From the NCBI RefSeq assembly GCF_001194135.2, contig NC_068981.1:52495452-52559451 (forward strand): a DNA stretch of 64,000 nt. The letters run 5' to 3'. The first letter of the stretch is position 1. The number at the start of each line of letters is the position of its first letter. Positions 26,201-39,084 of the stretch are shown piece by piece. The stretch comes from Octopus bimaculoides (Eukaryota). The notes beneath the pieces were generated by a model. That model was given only the letters and a program-made list of their open reading frames with translations, searched no databases and had not been told where the DNA came from. A program made the position numbers and the translations under genes.

Positions 26201-26813
26201 AAAACGAGGAATCATTTATACTTTAAATATTTTCTTTTTCAAAATACACCATCATCATTCAGTTGTCAATTTTGAGGCCAACTAGAAAATCACAAAGGAA
26301 ATAATACATAAGGAACCAAACGTGCTGCTAGACCTTTTGACTTACTGTATAAATTTAATACAGATATTTTCACCAGTGAAATTGATTAATTATTAAAGCA
26401 TGTGTTAATATAACTCCACTTATTTTTAAAGATGTAGTGAAGATGTCAGTAAATAACAGCTATGGTAAACACTGTTTAGATTCCAAACAAAGTGCTGAAG
26501 ATTCAATAAATCTAATGACCAAACAATCAGAAGCATCAACATGTCAGTTTCATATAAATATGAATAAAACGTTAGTACATGCTAATCCAGTTCTTAATTT
26601 CACAGCATGTGTAATTATACAACTGGATTACATATCTGACAGATGACACGGCCGAGGCAATTTTTAGAAAAAGGAGATGAAAGGGTTATAAAAAAAGGTC
26701 ATGCCAATAACATGCACTCGAATGCTTTCAAAGCATGATGGTTGTTTTAGTATTCAGTGGTTTTGATTATAGTTACAATTTCTTATCTACTTCACTAGCA
26801 TTTCACGACATAC

Positions 26814-26878
26814 CTGCTCTCCTTGTGATATTTTGATCGATTTAGCGTTTCAACCGAAAAAAAGTAGACCAGGCCGCA
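26814..26878 (-). CDS. SEPTIN7: Candidate 65-nt alternative exon
   Basis: Acceptor tttctttcgctttcag, donor CAG|gtatgt, 43% GC, 4 CpG. Confidence 0.5.
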
Positions 26879-27639
26879 CTGAAAGCGAAAGAAACTTTAC
26901 CAGAATGGAATAATGTTTCCTTAAAGTTTAGATGCAGGATGAAGAATGTTAATGTAGTAGATATTACTACTGGAAATAACCTGTTATTGTATCCTCTTTA
27001 AAGGGCTTTAGTAGGTTAAAAATATTTCAAAATTTTCTTTGTCTTTATTCTTTTTTTACTCTCTTTGGAAAGCAAGATAAAAATTACCCAAACTGTTAGA
27101 GGGATTATGTGAGGTATCAAGGGAATTCAGACTTCAAAGAAAATAATTCAATTAATTAATAATGTTAATTTGTTAAAAAGAATTAGTACATTAAGAAAGA
27201 ATCATATATATATTTTTTACAGACATAAAGTAATCGTGTTTAGTGATTAGAAAAGAATTTATTAAATATAATTATCTCCCCTTAGTTTTATGATATGAAA
27301 CTAATACTGAAGACTATTTCCATAGCAAGAAAATAAATCTCTTAAGTTACATGGTATATAAGTGCTAAAATATATCAAAAGTAATCCTTCCAATAAGAAT
27401 AAAAGATCATTACTGATTTAGTGTTATCCAGTGTATTTTGTAAAGCAAAATGGTGAAAGGATTAACTGTGAAGCTCACATTTCTCATTTAAAATATAAAT
27501 TTATTCAAATATCACATGGTTGCATTTATGTATTGCAGCCATTGTAAAATTTTATCACTGATAAAATGCCAGATGCAACAGGAAAATGTTTTATTCATAT
27601 TAGACACTAGCACGTAATTTCAAACAAAGCTTTTTTTTT

Positions 27640-27986
27640 GTTTCTTTTTACAGGTTTTCAATCATTAGACTGCAGCCACACTGGGGCACTGCCTTGAAGA
27701 ATTTTATTTATTCTTTAAAGCCTGGTACTTATTCCATCAGTCTTTTTTGCTGAACCACTAAATTATTGGAACATAAACAAGCCAACACTGGTTGACAAGC
27801 AGTGGTAGGGGCACAATCACAGACATAAACACATACAGGCTTCTATAATATATACTCACAAGGTTTTGGTTGGCCTGAGGCTATAGTAGAAAACACTTGC
27901 ACAAGGTTCTACACAGTGGGACTGAACCTGAAGCTGGAACCAAGTGGTTGGGAAGCAAACTTCTTACCATACAGCCATACCTACAT
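27640..27986 (-). mobile_element. tRNA-derived SINE (family A), diverged
   Basis: Similar to the reverse complement of 1041-1418. Confidence 0.8.
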
Positions 27987-28014
27987 AAACATAGCTAAAA
28001 AGGCTGTTTGTTAA

Positions 28015-28414
28015 GAATAATAGCTGTGTGATTAAGAGACTCACTTTGTAACCACATGGTCTTGGGTTCCATCCTGCTGGGTGACAACTTGGGCAAGTGA
28101 CTTCTACTGTAACCCAGGCTGACCAATGTCTTCTGAGTGAATTTGGTAAACAGAAACTGAATGGAAGCCCATTATTTGTGTGTATACACACACACACACA
28201 CATACACACACACACACACACATATATGAATGCATGCATATGTGTCTTTATGTTTCTGTTTGTTCCCAACACGACCACTTGACAACTAGTGTTGGTTTGT
28301 TTACATCCCCATAATTTAATAGGTTCAGTAGAAGAGATCAATAGAATAAGTGTCATATTTAGAAAATAAGTACCCCAGTTTGGCAGCAGTCCAACGACTG
28401 GAAACAAGTAAAAG
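28015..28414 (+). mobile_element. tRNA-derived SINE (family A), diverged
   Basis: Similar to 1041-1418, with internal (CA)n. Confidence 0.8.
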
Positions 28415-29439
28415 GTAATATTATGATACTTATACCAGTGCTCAGTAATTATACAATTATACACCCAACCACCTGGGGCAGTCAACTTTCAAGTTAAGAA
28501 AGCATGCTTATCTTGACACTTGAAAAGAAAATATAGCTTAGAATTAAAATAAATTATGAAAATAAGATACAAAGCTTACAACATGTAGAGCAAGCAAGCA
28601 AGAAAAGCTCCTCATTGGTTTTGATTCTTAGTTGATGTAAGTTCATTTTACTTACACCATTATTACCCTTGTGGAAGGTATGAAAGTTGCAATATCCTAT
28701 TTCTCCTCTAAAATACAGGGTCTTTGCAACTAGTCACGCGAATCAATAAAAAATAAACTTAAGAAAACTGTTAAGAAAGATATAACATTGACTATATTGA
28801 AATACAAGAGCATCTATTTTCTAGTAAAGAAATCAAATACAATTATAAATGTAAACCCAACATTTACTACTTACGAACATATGTTCATATTAACACTACT
28901 ATTCTAACCCTTGCCAGCACACTGAGAAATGCCATTTTAATAATATGTATAATATATTTGCAAACATTGATAAAAGTTTCTCTTCCCACATTACATGATC
29001 CATTGTATCTTTTTTAAAGTTAATTTGGAACAGAATCCCGTGGTTCTCTAAATGGTTACAATTCTGAATTGCTTCTAGGCAAAACACAAGTTAGGAGACC
29101 TATGCAAGCTTTCACACATTAAATGATCTATTTAATATGCTTTTAACTCTGAATGAAAATGTCCTGAAAACTAGTTTCAAAAGCTAATACTAGAGAAAAA
29201 GTTCCAAGGAAGTTTAATATTCTACCTCTTTTGTAAAATATATACTGCTTATGTAATTCACAACCCTGGATACACTATAACATTATATCTAAATGAAGAT
29301 GTTGAGAAAAATTTTATGTAAAGATATGTATTAATTGTATGAATTTTTATTTCTAACGTGACTCCTTCCTTTATGATTGTTAGTGCTTAACTATGAGCAG
29401 TTTAGTATGAATGAAATACACTAGAAACACAGCAATACC

Positions 29440-29880
29440 GCTTCATAAAAAATTAAGTATCATCTGAGGAATGGTATTAGCAGAATTGATGGAGAGTAGG
29501 TTGTTATGTATAAGAGAAAGAATATGGGAAACAAAACTGAAGCTAAAGATCACACTGGAGTCAAAGTGTGGGTCAAAGAGAACTCTATTAGTATGCTCTG
29601 CAGTAGTGCAATCTGACAAATGAATGGAGCCCACAGGCAGACAGTTTTGGCAAGAGATTCATGTACAAGACATAGCTGAAAGCTTTGCCAATATCAGGGG
29701 CCACATCACTGCTTTCATCAAATTTCTTGAGGGTGAGATCCCACTTGTTAGTGATATAGGAAGAGTGTGGATCTCCAGTAAATCTGGTTTTATGTACTGG
29801 TGACCATTAGGGAGCGAGAAAGATTCAAGTGTTGGAGAATGTTGTTAATAGCTGTTACCATCACCTTTAAGACATTGGAA
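29440..29880 (-). mobile_element. Decayed CR1/Jockey-like RT fragment
   Basis: Minus strand reads ITNKWDLTLKKFDESSDV(A)LDI(G)KAF..LLPKL..GL, matching RT domain motifs across frameshifts. Confidence 0.5.
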
Positions 29881-32800
29881 GTGTACGTATGTATGTAATA
29901 GAATAGTTGTTGGCGGGATTAGAGGAGTTGCCTTTCTTGAGAGGGGCACACATTGATTGTGTTTCTAAAGATTGAAAGTAGCACAATAATGGATAATAAT
30001 TTCTTGAAAGTTGTTTTAATCTTATTTAGTGTTACTGAAAAACAAAAAAGTTGCACAAGTACACATTTTCATCCATCCATCTATCCAATCATCACAACAT
30101 CAATATTTCTTATCTTTTATAATTGCTCTATGAGGTTTGCTGCCTTCTATCGTGGTGCTCAGAGGACTTCTAATTGTTCAAATGTTGATAAATCATGTAA
30201 AATTAAAAGTATGTAGTATATATGATGGTTATTGATGTTATTCTAAATATCTGGTTTTAACAATAGAAACATATTCTTAGCAAGTGAAGAGATCAAAGAA
30301 TAAGATAAGATCCTTTAGTATCATCATCATTAATTTTGTCATTTATTTGATAGATTTGCAAGCTTGCTCATTTACTAGAGAAAGAAAGCTTATTAAAACC
30401 CTGATATAAATGTATCAATAGCTAAGATATGTTTTTACCAAAATAGACTAACTGAAATCATACTGAGCTTTCATTAAAAAAACCAGTGAGGGAAAACAGT
30501 TAAATTAAAGAGGGCTTACAATATTTATAATTTCTAAAGACATGTTTTCAAATAAATAACTACTCATTAGAGATGTTATAGGAGAGCATCAATATCTTGT
30601 AGAAATGCAAATAATGATAGACCAGTGAAGGTTAAGGAATTCATATGCCAAACAGTTATAGCCTAATAATCCTGAACAACCAATTCTGAATGCTAAATCC
30701 CAAACATTGAAACTCCTCAAAATTAGAACCCTCAAAGGTTGATATACTGAAAACTCTTCGAAAACTCTCCATCTCAAATGTAATTAAAGATTAAAATCCA
30801 AAACAATTCTTGCATCTTGTTTATCTCTCTTTGACTTCATCCTTTTTGATGTATAAATGCCATTCTACACACTGCCTACAGAAATACAATCTTGAATTCA
30901 ATGATTTACTGTCATCATATGGAAAGATATGGAAGACATAATCGGGGATGTAGTTTCAATATTAAACACTTTCGGTCTTTAAAATCAGTCATCACTGAAT
31001 ACCAAAACTGATTAAATTAAAAAAGTAATTAATATGGATAATACAAAGGAAGTCATAGAATTGGATATTGCTCCAAAATATAGGTTAACATATACTGTCA
31101 AATGCACCACCAGTTGTTCTGCTACACAAACTCAAACTAACCCGTTGTGAAGCTGATGGTATGTTATGACTTCACCCTAAAGCTATTCATCACTGTACAT
31201 TATACTTGCAGTAAAAGAACAGATGTATTCAATAGTTTAAGAACAAAAGTATTTAATATTTAAAGAATAAAAGTATTTGACAAGGAAACTCTTTACATTC
31301 CCAATTCTTAAAGTTGCTGGAACCTATGTTCACCAATGAAGCCTATCCCTGAAATACACTTAAAATTTTTTTGAAGTAATTGTATTTTAATATGTTTCTT
31401 AAATAAATAAATCCCATTTTAAAATCATAAGAAATGTCCTTTAAGAATTTTTTAAAAATAATTTTTTTCCTGAAATATATTTTCTGGGGTTTTGAGATTG
31501 TGATTTTCAGCATTTGGGGATTCTGATCTTTCAGGATTTAAACATCTGGAATTATGTCATTTGGGACGTTTTTTGAGATTACACTCAAAACCCAGCCTAA
31601 GACTATGAGTGATCACAACATGATAAAACTCTTCAACTATATCATTTGTTTATGCCAACTGGATGTAACATCACACCTAAAGTATGTATCAAATGTTTCT
31701 ACTAGGATTAAATTATTTTGGGATTATATGTAAAGCTGTTAGACAGATTAACAAACTGGTGAAGTAGACTACCATCACAAAATATATAGATAACTATCTT
31801 AGTTATTACAAATGGAAAACAAGGTAACATATAGCAAGGGCTATTGTTCATAAACCTAATATTTCCATAATAGCAAATACCAACATCAGACCAAAATTAT
31901 ATAATATGAGAGATAAGCCAAAAGTACCACTTATACATCAGTCTTTTTCACACATTACATTGCACTTATGCTCACTACTAAAATATCTAAAGTTGGCTGC
32001 AGTACCATGTCACTATGTAGAGAGTAGAGAAAATTTACAACGAAAATTGAACATTCAAGGTAGTTGCCTTAATAATAAAAGTTACACTAAACGATTTCCT
32101 TCTTGTTAAATAAACAATGTTTTGGATTAAGATTTGAGAACTTCTCACCTTTCTAAAATGAGAATATATAGCTAGATAAATAAAGAGAGAAAGCAGTAAG
32201 GATATTAATATGTTAATGTATACACCTTATAAACCTCCAGCAACAACAACAACAACAACAACAAAAAAAAAACCTACTTCCAGTTTCTATGACAGTGGTA
32301 CTATTTAGTAAAAAAGAAGCAGAGTGAAATTTTTATTTACACCCGTACTTCCAAAATACAAAAAACCCCAGAAAATACAAATAAATAGAATCAGAAATGT
32401 TAGAATTAACTTCAGTTGATCAATTTATTTGATTTTCATCTAGCTTGAGATAATACTTTATACCATTTAAATTTAAATATCTCATTGTAAGTTGATGTCT
32501 CATGAAATCAAGGATATAGCAATATTAAATCAACAGATCATAAAAAACATACAAAGCCAAATAACAAGTGTTACACATTTTTATTGATTTTTAAGTATTT
32601 TCATTAAAGGAAAACAAAGTGAAAATATTCAAAAGAAACAAATTTTGAATTGCATTTTTTTTAATAAACTGAATTTTTTTTTTTTGTGCAATAAAAAATG
32701 AAAATATGGCCAGTTGTGATATACTCATGCAAAGAAATGGAAAACTGCAACGAGACAGCGAGTCTGCTGAGAATAGTCAAGCACAGAATGTATTAACTGC

Positions 32801-33000
32801 AGATAACAAAAGAGGAAAAGATAAGCTAAACGTCACACACCTTCAGCCAAAGCATTCTAAATGAAGGAGAAAGCAACTGCTTAACAGGCAAAGCTTTCTG
32901 AATACTTGAAAAGGGGTTGCCCATCTTGTCTTTTACTCCTACCTGCTTTCAGAATATAGATTTTCTGGGGTTTTTTTTTCAGGAATGCCCTAGTACTCAC

Positions 33001-33034
33001 CAAGTCAGGCTTCTGAACCCCCAACGAGTATATC
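33001..33034 (-). CDS. SEPTIN7: Candidate 34-nt alternative exon (E)IYSLGVQKPDL; may instead read through to a stop at 32881
   Basis: Acceptor cattttacacaccattgaag, donor TTG|gtgagt; phase 2 in, phase 0 out. Confidence 0.4.
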
Positions 33035-33411
33035 CTTCAATGGTGTGTAAAATGTTGACTAACTTTTAGTTTAAGGGACAGAGGGAAGAGGTATTGAAAG
33101 TTCCATTTTTCTTTCCCATATGCATACCTAACATAACATCATACTAATATTGTGTTGCTATTAGGTTCAAATAGACCACTGATGATTCTATGGACGTCTT
33201 ACAAAAATTGCAGTAACATGTTTAACTTAAGGCAATTAGCTGTAGTAAAAGAATGCTCATCAAAACTGTTCATTTGCAAAAAATGACTTATTTCATATTA
33301 TCCTCAATATATTTGAAGTTCAACATCTGAAAAGTTTTGGTGGTGCCTTGATATTTTTGTTGTTTCTCATTGTCTGTGGAATATTATATTTCTACTATTT
33401 AGTTTCCTTAC

Positions 33412-33529
33412 GTGGACTTCACAACTGCTGACTTTTTATCAAGAGTTGCAACTGACATTATCAGCAATTTGAAAAACAAATGGAAACATGGTTTCCTTGG
33501 TTTGATTAGAGGATCGGCTAACACCACGA
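33412..33529 (-). CDS. SEPTIN7: Candidate alternative exon (D)RGVSRSSNQTKETMFPFVFQIADNVSCNS* (stop at 33439-33441)
   Basis: Acceptor ttatatatcacgtcctag in phase 2, 29 open codons, donor CAC|gtaagg, CpG cluster at the 5' end. Confidence 0.35.
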
Positions 33530-33772
33530 CTAGGACGTGATATATAAGTTATATTTTCAGAATATATATAATTTAAGTTTATAAATTATCATACAGTTTA
33601 GATAATAACGAGTAACTGACATTTACATAAAAATTGTATTGCTAAAGAAATGACTTGCACTTATTTCCATGATCAAAAAAGAACAACATAAAATAGACAT
33701 ATATACTGGAGTGAGGAACAACAAAAGACTAGAGGGAAAATACGGTAGTCTGATTAAAAGGTATTAACTTAC

Positions 33773-33918
33773 TCTTTTGTATTCTCCAGTGAGCGTCTTC
33801 TTTCTCCCATCTGCTCTTCCCAAGTGGATTTTTCTTTCTCAAAGGTAGCCCATTTTTCATCAAGTTCTTTCTGTTGTTGTTCTAAACTTTTCTTCATCTG
33901 CTCAGCTCTTCGTTGCAA
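33773..33918 (-). CDS. SEPTIN7: Septin-7 exon: LQRRAEQMKKSLEQQQKELDEKWATFEKEKSTWEEQMGERRRSLENTK
   Basis: 146 nt, ttttag / GA|gtaagt, coiled-coil sequence. Confidence 0.95.
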
Positions 33919-34451
33919 CTAAAATTTTATTTCAATAGAATTTATGAATGCATTTTATAAAAAGCTAATTTCTCAATAAACCTATTTTGGTATGATGCTG
34001 GGTAACAAGCTATGCCTGCCCTGCCTTGTAAAATCTACCATTCTTGGTCAGTAATAAAGGGTAATGTGTTCATGATGGTCAGTTGTTCTTTCTAATGATT
34101 AATTATATAAGAAAAATTAAATTTGTATGTAGGCAAAAGTGGGTATACAGCTGCTTAATGAGTTCTTTTCATTTCTCTGTTTATCTTTTAGGATGAGAAT
34201 TAGTTAAAAAGATAATTAAATAGAATATAGAATCAAAGAATTCTGGTCTTCAATGAAGCCTGTAAACTTTATACATATAACACACACACACACATTCTTC
34301 AAGCATTAATCATGATGTAATCAAATCTGAACACACACCAATTATTAGTGATAATTAAAACTAAAAAACCGTTGGTAACAATAGTCCTTTTATTGTTGAC
34401 ATATCAAAGTAGTTAATGACACACGTATATTCAGAAATTTAATCAACTCAC

Positions 34452-34587
34452 ATCAGCTTCAGAGTCCTTTAATTTGGTCTTCTTTTCTTTGACCTTCATT
34501 TCGAAAACTTGTTCCATTTCAGCCTCCATCTTCTTCATTTTAGCATCATGTTCACGCTTTTCCTCTTGCATTTGTGTGAGGGGATCC
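34452..34587 (-). CDS. SEPTIN7: Septin-7 exon: [45 protein letters not shown]
   Basis: 136 nt, tttcttag / gtgagt. Confidence 0.97.
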
Positions 34588-34786
34588 CTAAGAAAAAAGT
34601 GGGGATAGAAAAAGATAATTTAATTAACTGTAAATTTTAATAGCTCCAATAATTAGTTTCTTTTGTTGGATATTTTCTTTGTTATTTGCTTTGATAAAAT
34701 ATGTTAATTTTGCTTATCTAACTAAAACATTCAAGTATAAGACTTTATCTCATCTAGAAAATAACTGGAAAACAATGAATACTTAC

Positions 34787-34900
34787 TTTCCAAGAGATGC
34801 TTTTACTTTTCCATCAGCAGTGATAGGAGCTAGCTTACTATAGCGATAATTTTCATAATGCACATTATTGGTCACATCTTTTAAATCTTGCATGTGTGTC
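34787..34900 (-). CDS. SEPTIN7: Septin-7 exon: [37 protein letters not shown]
   Basis: 114 nt, tctttcttag / gtaagt. Confidence 0.97.
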
Positions 34901-35439
34901 CTAAGAAAGAATGAATTAAGAAGGAAACATTCTAATAGTCAGTTAATGAAAAAGTATAGTTAATATTGTCCAAATTTAGTTTTCTATTCAACATTATACC
35001 ATGAAATATATCTGCAGCATTGAGAGCTAACAAATGATTAACAGTTACATAGATTTGTTTTTCTTTTAGTTTTTTTCCTTTTACTATTGCTATGAAAGAG
35101 AGTAATTTTATTGACCCTAAATTCAAAGTGACATAAAAAAATCATCAGCATTGCATATTCCAGGCATTAGGCTTTCTGTTTCATTCATCGCGTACAGTGT
35201 TCCTAGCTAATTTAATCACTGTTACAGGTGGACAGTCAAAATAAATAAAGACACAAAATTCTTTCACTTTTATAATATTCTCTAACCAAGTAATAATACA
35301 CAATTACAACATATAAATAAATAATAAATCAAAAAAATGTGAAAACCAATAAGACATATTCTCTAATGCCAATATATGACCATATAGATTAAAAAAGTAT
35401 GGAAGACCCTACATACAAAATATGTGCATACAACAAATT

Positions 35440-35630
35440 AGAGAAAAACCGGTATAAACCACCGTTTTTCCCAGTTTGTCCATTTACGCGGGAGCTCTGG
35501 GCAAAATGTTATAGTGCATGACCATCCTTGGGACATAAGTAATGTGTGTGTAAAGTTTGGTGAAAATCAGTTGAGAATTGTGGAAATGTGTTAGTCAATA
35601 TACATACACACATAATGCGATTTATATATA
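35440..35630 (+). mobile_element. Helentron-associated (HINE-like) fragment
   Basis: 'gtgtaaagtttggtgaaaatcagttgagaattgtggaaatg...catacacacat...tttatatata'. Confidence 0.5.
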
Positions 35631-36945
35631 CTAAATGACCAATTGGCAGGGCTGTTAAAGCTTTAGATAGATTGTTTAGTGGTAATCATTCTGGATATTA
35701 GTGCTCAGAGTTCAAATCTTGCTAAAATCAACATTTGATCATCTTTCCAAAACTAATAAAGTATTGGATTGATTTCTCTCTCTCTCTCTTTTTTTCTTTT
35801 TCTGCTATCTGTCCATCTTTTTATTAGGAAGAAATTGGTTGTGGTCAGACCTGGAGAAAGATGAACTGTGCTAGGTCTAAAAATGTCCAAGACATATATA
35901 TTATAATGAATAATTTAAAACATTCTAAACAGTAAATTGGCAGTAAAAGACTAAATTAGTGGAGGACAATATGCTTTGCATTGTTTGCCTTTCATCCTTT
36001 CATGACCAATAAAATGGAAGTATGAGTCATGGAGGGTGTATTGTCAGAATTGTTGAAGCATTAGACAGGATGCTTTATGGTATTTGCTCTAGCTCCTTGT
36101 CTTCTGAGCTCTTAGACTTAATCTGACACCTTGTTTAACACTATCACCTGATCCATCGGTGCCTTTGGCAGAATTCACTCTGTTGGAAGTATCCAGGCCT
36201 GGTGTCTAGCTTGAGGATAGCTTCCTCTATTCCTCCCATCAGATTGCATTTATAATCTTAAAAAATCTTCTTTATTCAATGATTTACAGTTACAAGCTAA
36301 TACCTACCAAGTATGTAAAGTCAATTTTAGTAAAACAAAGAAGTATGACAGTGAATTTAAACCTCAAGTTTCAAAGTAGTATTGCATAAATTTTAAAGAT
36401 CATATTGTAAGGTACAAGCAGCAGAGACATTTGTTTAAGCCAAATAGGCATATAATTTATCAAAGAAAAAAAAAAAGAGGTTTAAAAAATTAACTTAAGA
36501 TCAAATAAAAATATTCTTCTTTCACTAAATTTAAATAATAAAGAGAGATTAAATTGGCACTGATTAATAACTTGGGGAATCCATTGAAATATGGAATATC
36601 AGCTAAATGCCATAAACATTAGATCTTGTGCTCTTTGAGGGTCAAAAGTATTGACAATGATGTAAATATCTTCTCATAAAACAGTATATAGTTAGCACCA
36701 AGATTAGACTTTAGAACATCATCATCATCATTTAACATCCAAACTGTCTACATATAAAAATCATAAAAAGAATTCTTTTGAAATCACAAGGATTTGTATA
36801 GTATCATATTTTGTCAATTCCAATTTATTTTATTGGTGTGTAATTTTGAATAAACTGCTACCAGAAATTAAGAAATATCCAAGTAACTGATTTAGAACAA
36901 AAGGGTTCAATCGAGTCTCTTTAAATATTTTAAACATTTTCTTAC

Positions 36946-36997
36946 CGAATCAGCATATTTCGAAGAGCAATAAAGTCATTATGCTCAAGATTTTCAA
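36946..36997 (-). CDS. SEPTIN7: Septin-7 exon: (V)ENLEHNDFIALRNMLI(R)
   Basis: 52 nt, ttttactttcag / gtaag. Confidence 0.97.
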
Positions 36998-37524
36998 CTG
37001 AAAGTAAAATAAACAAGTAATCTATTAGTGATCATTATGTAATTACTCCAATAAAAGTTACAAATAGGCAAGTATGTGCACTTATTGGTGCAGAAAAATA
37101 GGTATGTTCACAGAATTTCTGATGCCATCAGTATGAAAAAAACACAATAGCTAACATAGTGTTAACATATTTAATGCAAAAAGTTTACTGGAAAAAAAAA
37201 TTGTGTATCTTAAAAAAAAACCAAAAGCCATAACATTTATTGATTATTATCATTTAAATTTTTTTTGGTAAGCAGGGAAATTCTTGCCAGTGTTATTAAA
37301 CTTACTGCCCCCACCCCAGATTTTGTAGTCATAGCCAATATGCTTTTAGCAATGGTGTGAGTACAAGATTTTTTACTTGGTCTTTACTATTGTCAATCAA
37401 TTGCCAGTATATAAAAATAGTTAAAAAATGATTTATTGAAAGTTTGGAAAAAAAATTCTTAGATTTAATTTTAAACTAAAGTCATCTTTATTTTACTTTT
37501 ATCTTCGAAAAATATTATTCTAAC

Positions 37525-37621
37525 CTTCAACAATCCCCCATGGATATTGACGTCCACGCATTCTCTTTCCATTGCAGTCAATCACAGTGTTACTGCCAAC
37601 AACAGCGAAAGGAACTCGGTC
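37525..37621 (-). CDS. SEPTIN7: Septin-7 exon: [32 protein letters not shown]
   Basis: 97 nt, tgttttag / gttaga. Confidence 0.97.
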
Positions 37622-38427
37622 CTAAAACATAAAATGTTATACTTTTACAAATAGGAAAAAGAAATGTTTAATTTACTCACTGTAAAATGTATTAATTATT
37701 TGAAATTATGAAGGGAGAAATGGTATAGATACCTATGTGAGGTTATTTACCATGGGTGCTACCTTAGTCGTTATAATGTTAGTTACATAATATATAGTTA
37801 CAAAAAAAAGTTGTAAACTCCTTGCTAATTTCATAATAAAAGATGGCATTTACAATTTTGATACTAATCACTCATATATATGTGAGTGTGTGCGATATAT
37901 TATATATATGTATCATCATCATTGACTATCCACTTTACATGCAGGTATAGGTTGGACAGGTTGACAAGATCTGCCGAGGTGCAGGGCTCTGTTGGGCTCC
38001 ACTGTTGGCTTTGTCATGGTTTCTACAGTTAGATGCCCTTCCTATTACCAACCACTTTACAGTGGATACTGGCTGCCTTTTTTGTGACACTGGCACTAGT
38101 GAGATTGCCAAGTTTGCAAGATAATGAAAAAAAAAAAAAAAAAAAAGGAAGGGAAAAGCTCCCTCAACTGAATAGGAGTGTGTTTAAGAGATGGGGAGGT
38201 GACTTTATGTCAGGTGTTGAAGGTTAAAGTATGAAAGAGGGACAGGCACAGATGTCTTGCTATAGAGGAGATACATAGCAAGCCCATATTATATAAAGGT
38301 GGATGAGAGTAACTGGAAGAAAGATAAAGATGGTGGTAACAGGGTACCAAAGTATACTCTCAAAATACAAGAAGGTTGGTATAAAGGAGAATATAGATAA
38401 TATAGCTAGAGATGAGAGTGGAGGTGG

Positions 38428-38810
38428 ATCATCATCATCATTTAACGTCCGCTTTCCATGCTAGTATGGGTTGGACGATTTGACTGAGGACTGGTGAAAC
38501 CAGATGGCTACACTAGGCTCCAATCTGATTTGGCAGAGTTTCTACAGCTGGATGCCCTTCCTAACGCCAACCACTCAGAGAGTGTAGTGGGTGCTTTTAC
38601 GTGTCACCCGCACGAAGGCCAGTCAGGCGGTACTGGCGACGGCCACGCTCAAAATGGTGTATTTTATGTGCCACCCGTACAAGAGCCAGTCCAGGGGCAC
38701 TGGCAACGATCTCACTCGAAGGTCCTTACACATGCTGCGGGCACAAGTGCCAGAAAGGAGACGCTGGGCACAGGTGCCATCACGATTTCGATTGCCCCAA
38801 TAAGTCTTCG
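38428..38810 (-). mobile_element. RTE 3' UTR fragment, followed by TA/CA-rich minisatellite (38811-38950)
   Basis: atcatcatcatttaacgtccgctttccatgctag..., nearly identical to the reverse complement of 14146-14375. Confidence 0.9.
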
Positions 38811-39084
38811 CATATATATATCTATATTTATATATACATACACACACATATATATAGTTATATTTATATATACATACACACACATATATATATTTATATT
38901 TATATACACACACACATATATATATATATTTCAACACCATTATATATATATTTGTTGATTTTATCAAGGTAGCCCCAGTAGTAATTCATGTATCTTAATA
39001 AAAAATATTTTTAAGAATAGCAAGACATTTTCTTTCATAATATCTCAAAACCCATACTATTCCTGCCCATTTTAGTCTCTTTAG

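Noticed and set aside
28875-28921. 47-nt segment with tttctcag acceptor and gtaagt donor (DVLARVRIVVLI* in phase 2)
   Set aside because: No GC/CpG enrichment and stops in both usable frames; within chance expectation
30630-31590. Possible long MITE with degenerate inverted ends
   Set aside because: Could not establish TIR ends or a TSD
31906-32109. + strand ORF containing KLAAV, reminiscent of SEPT7
   Set aside because: Wrong strand; the true exon is at 34787-34900; coincidental match
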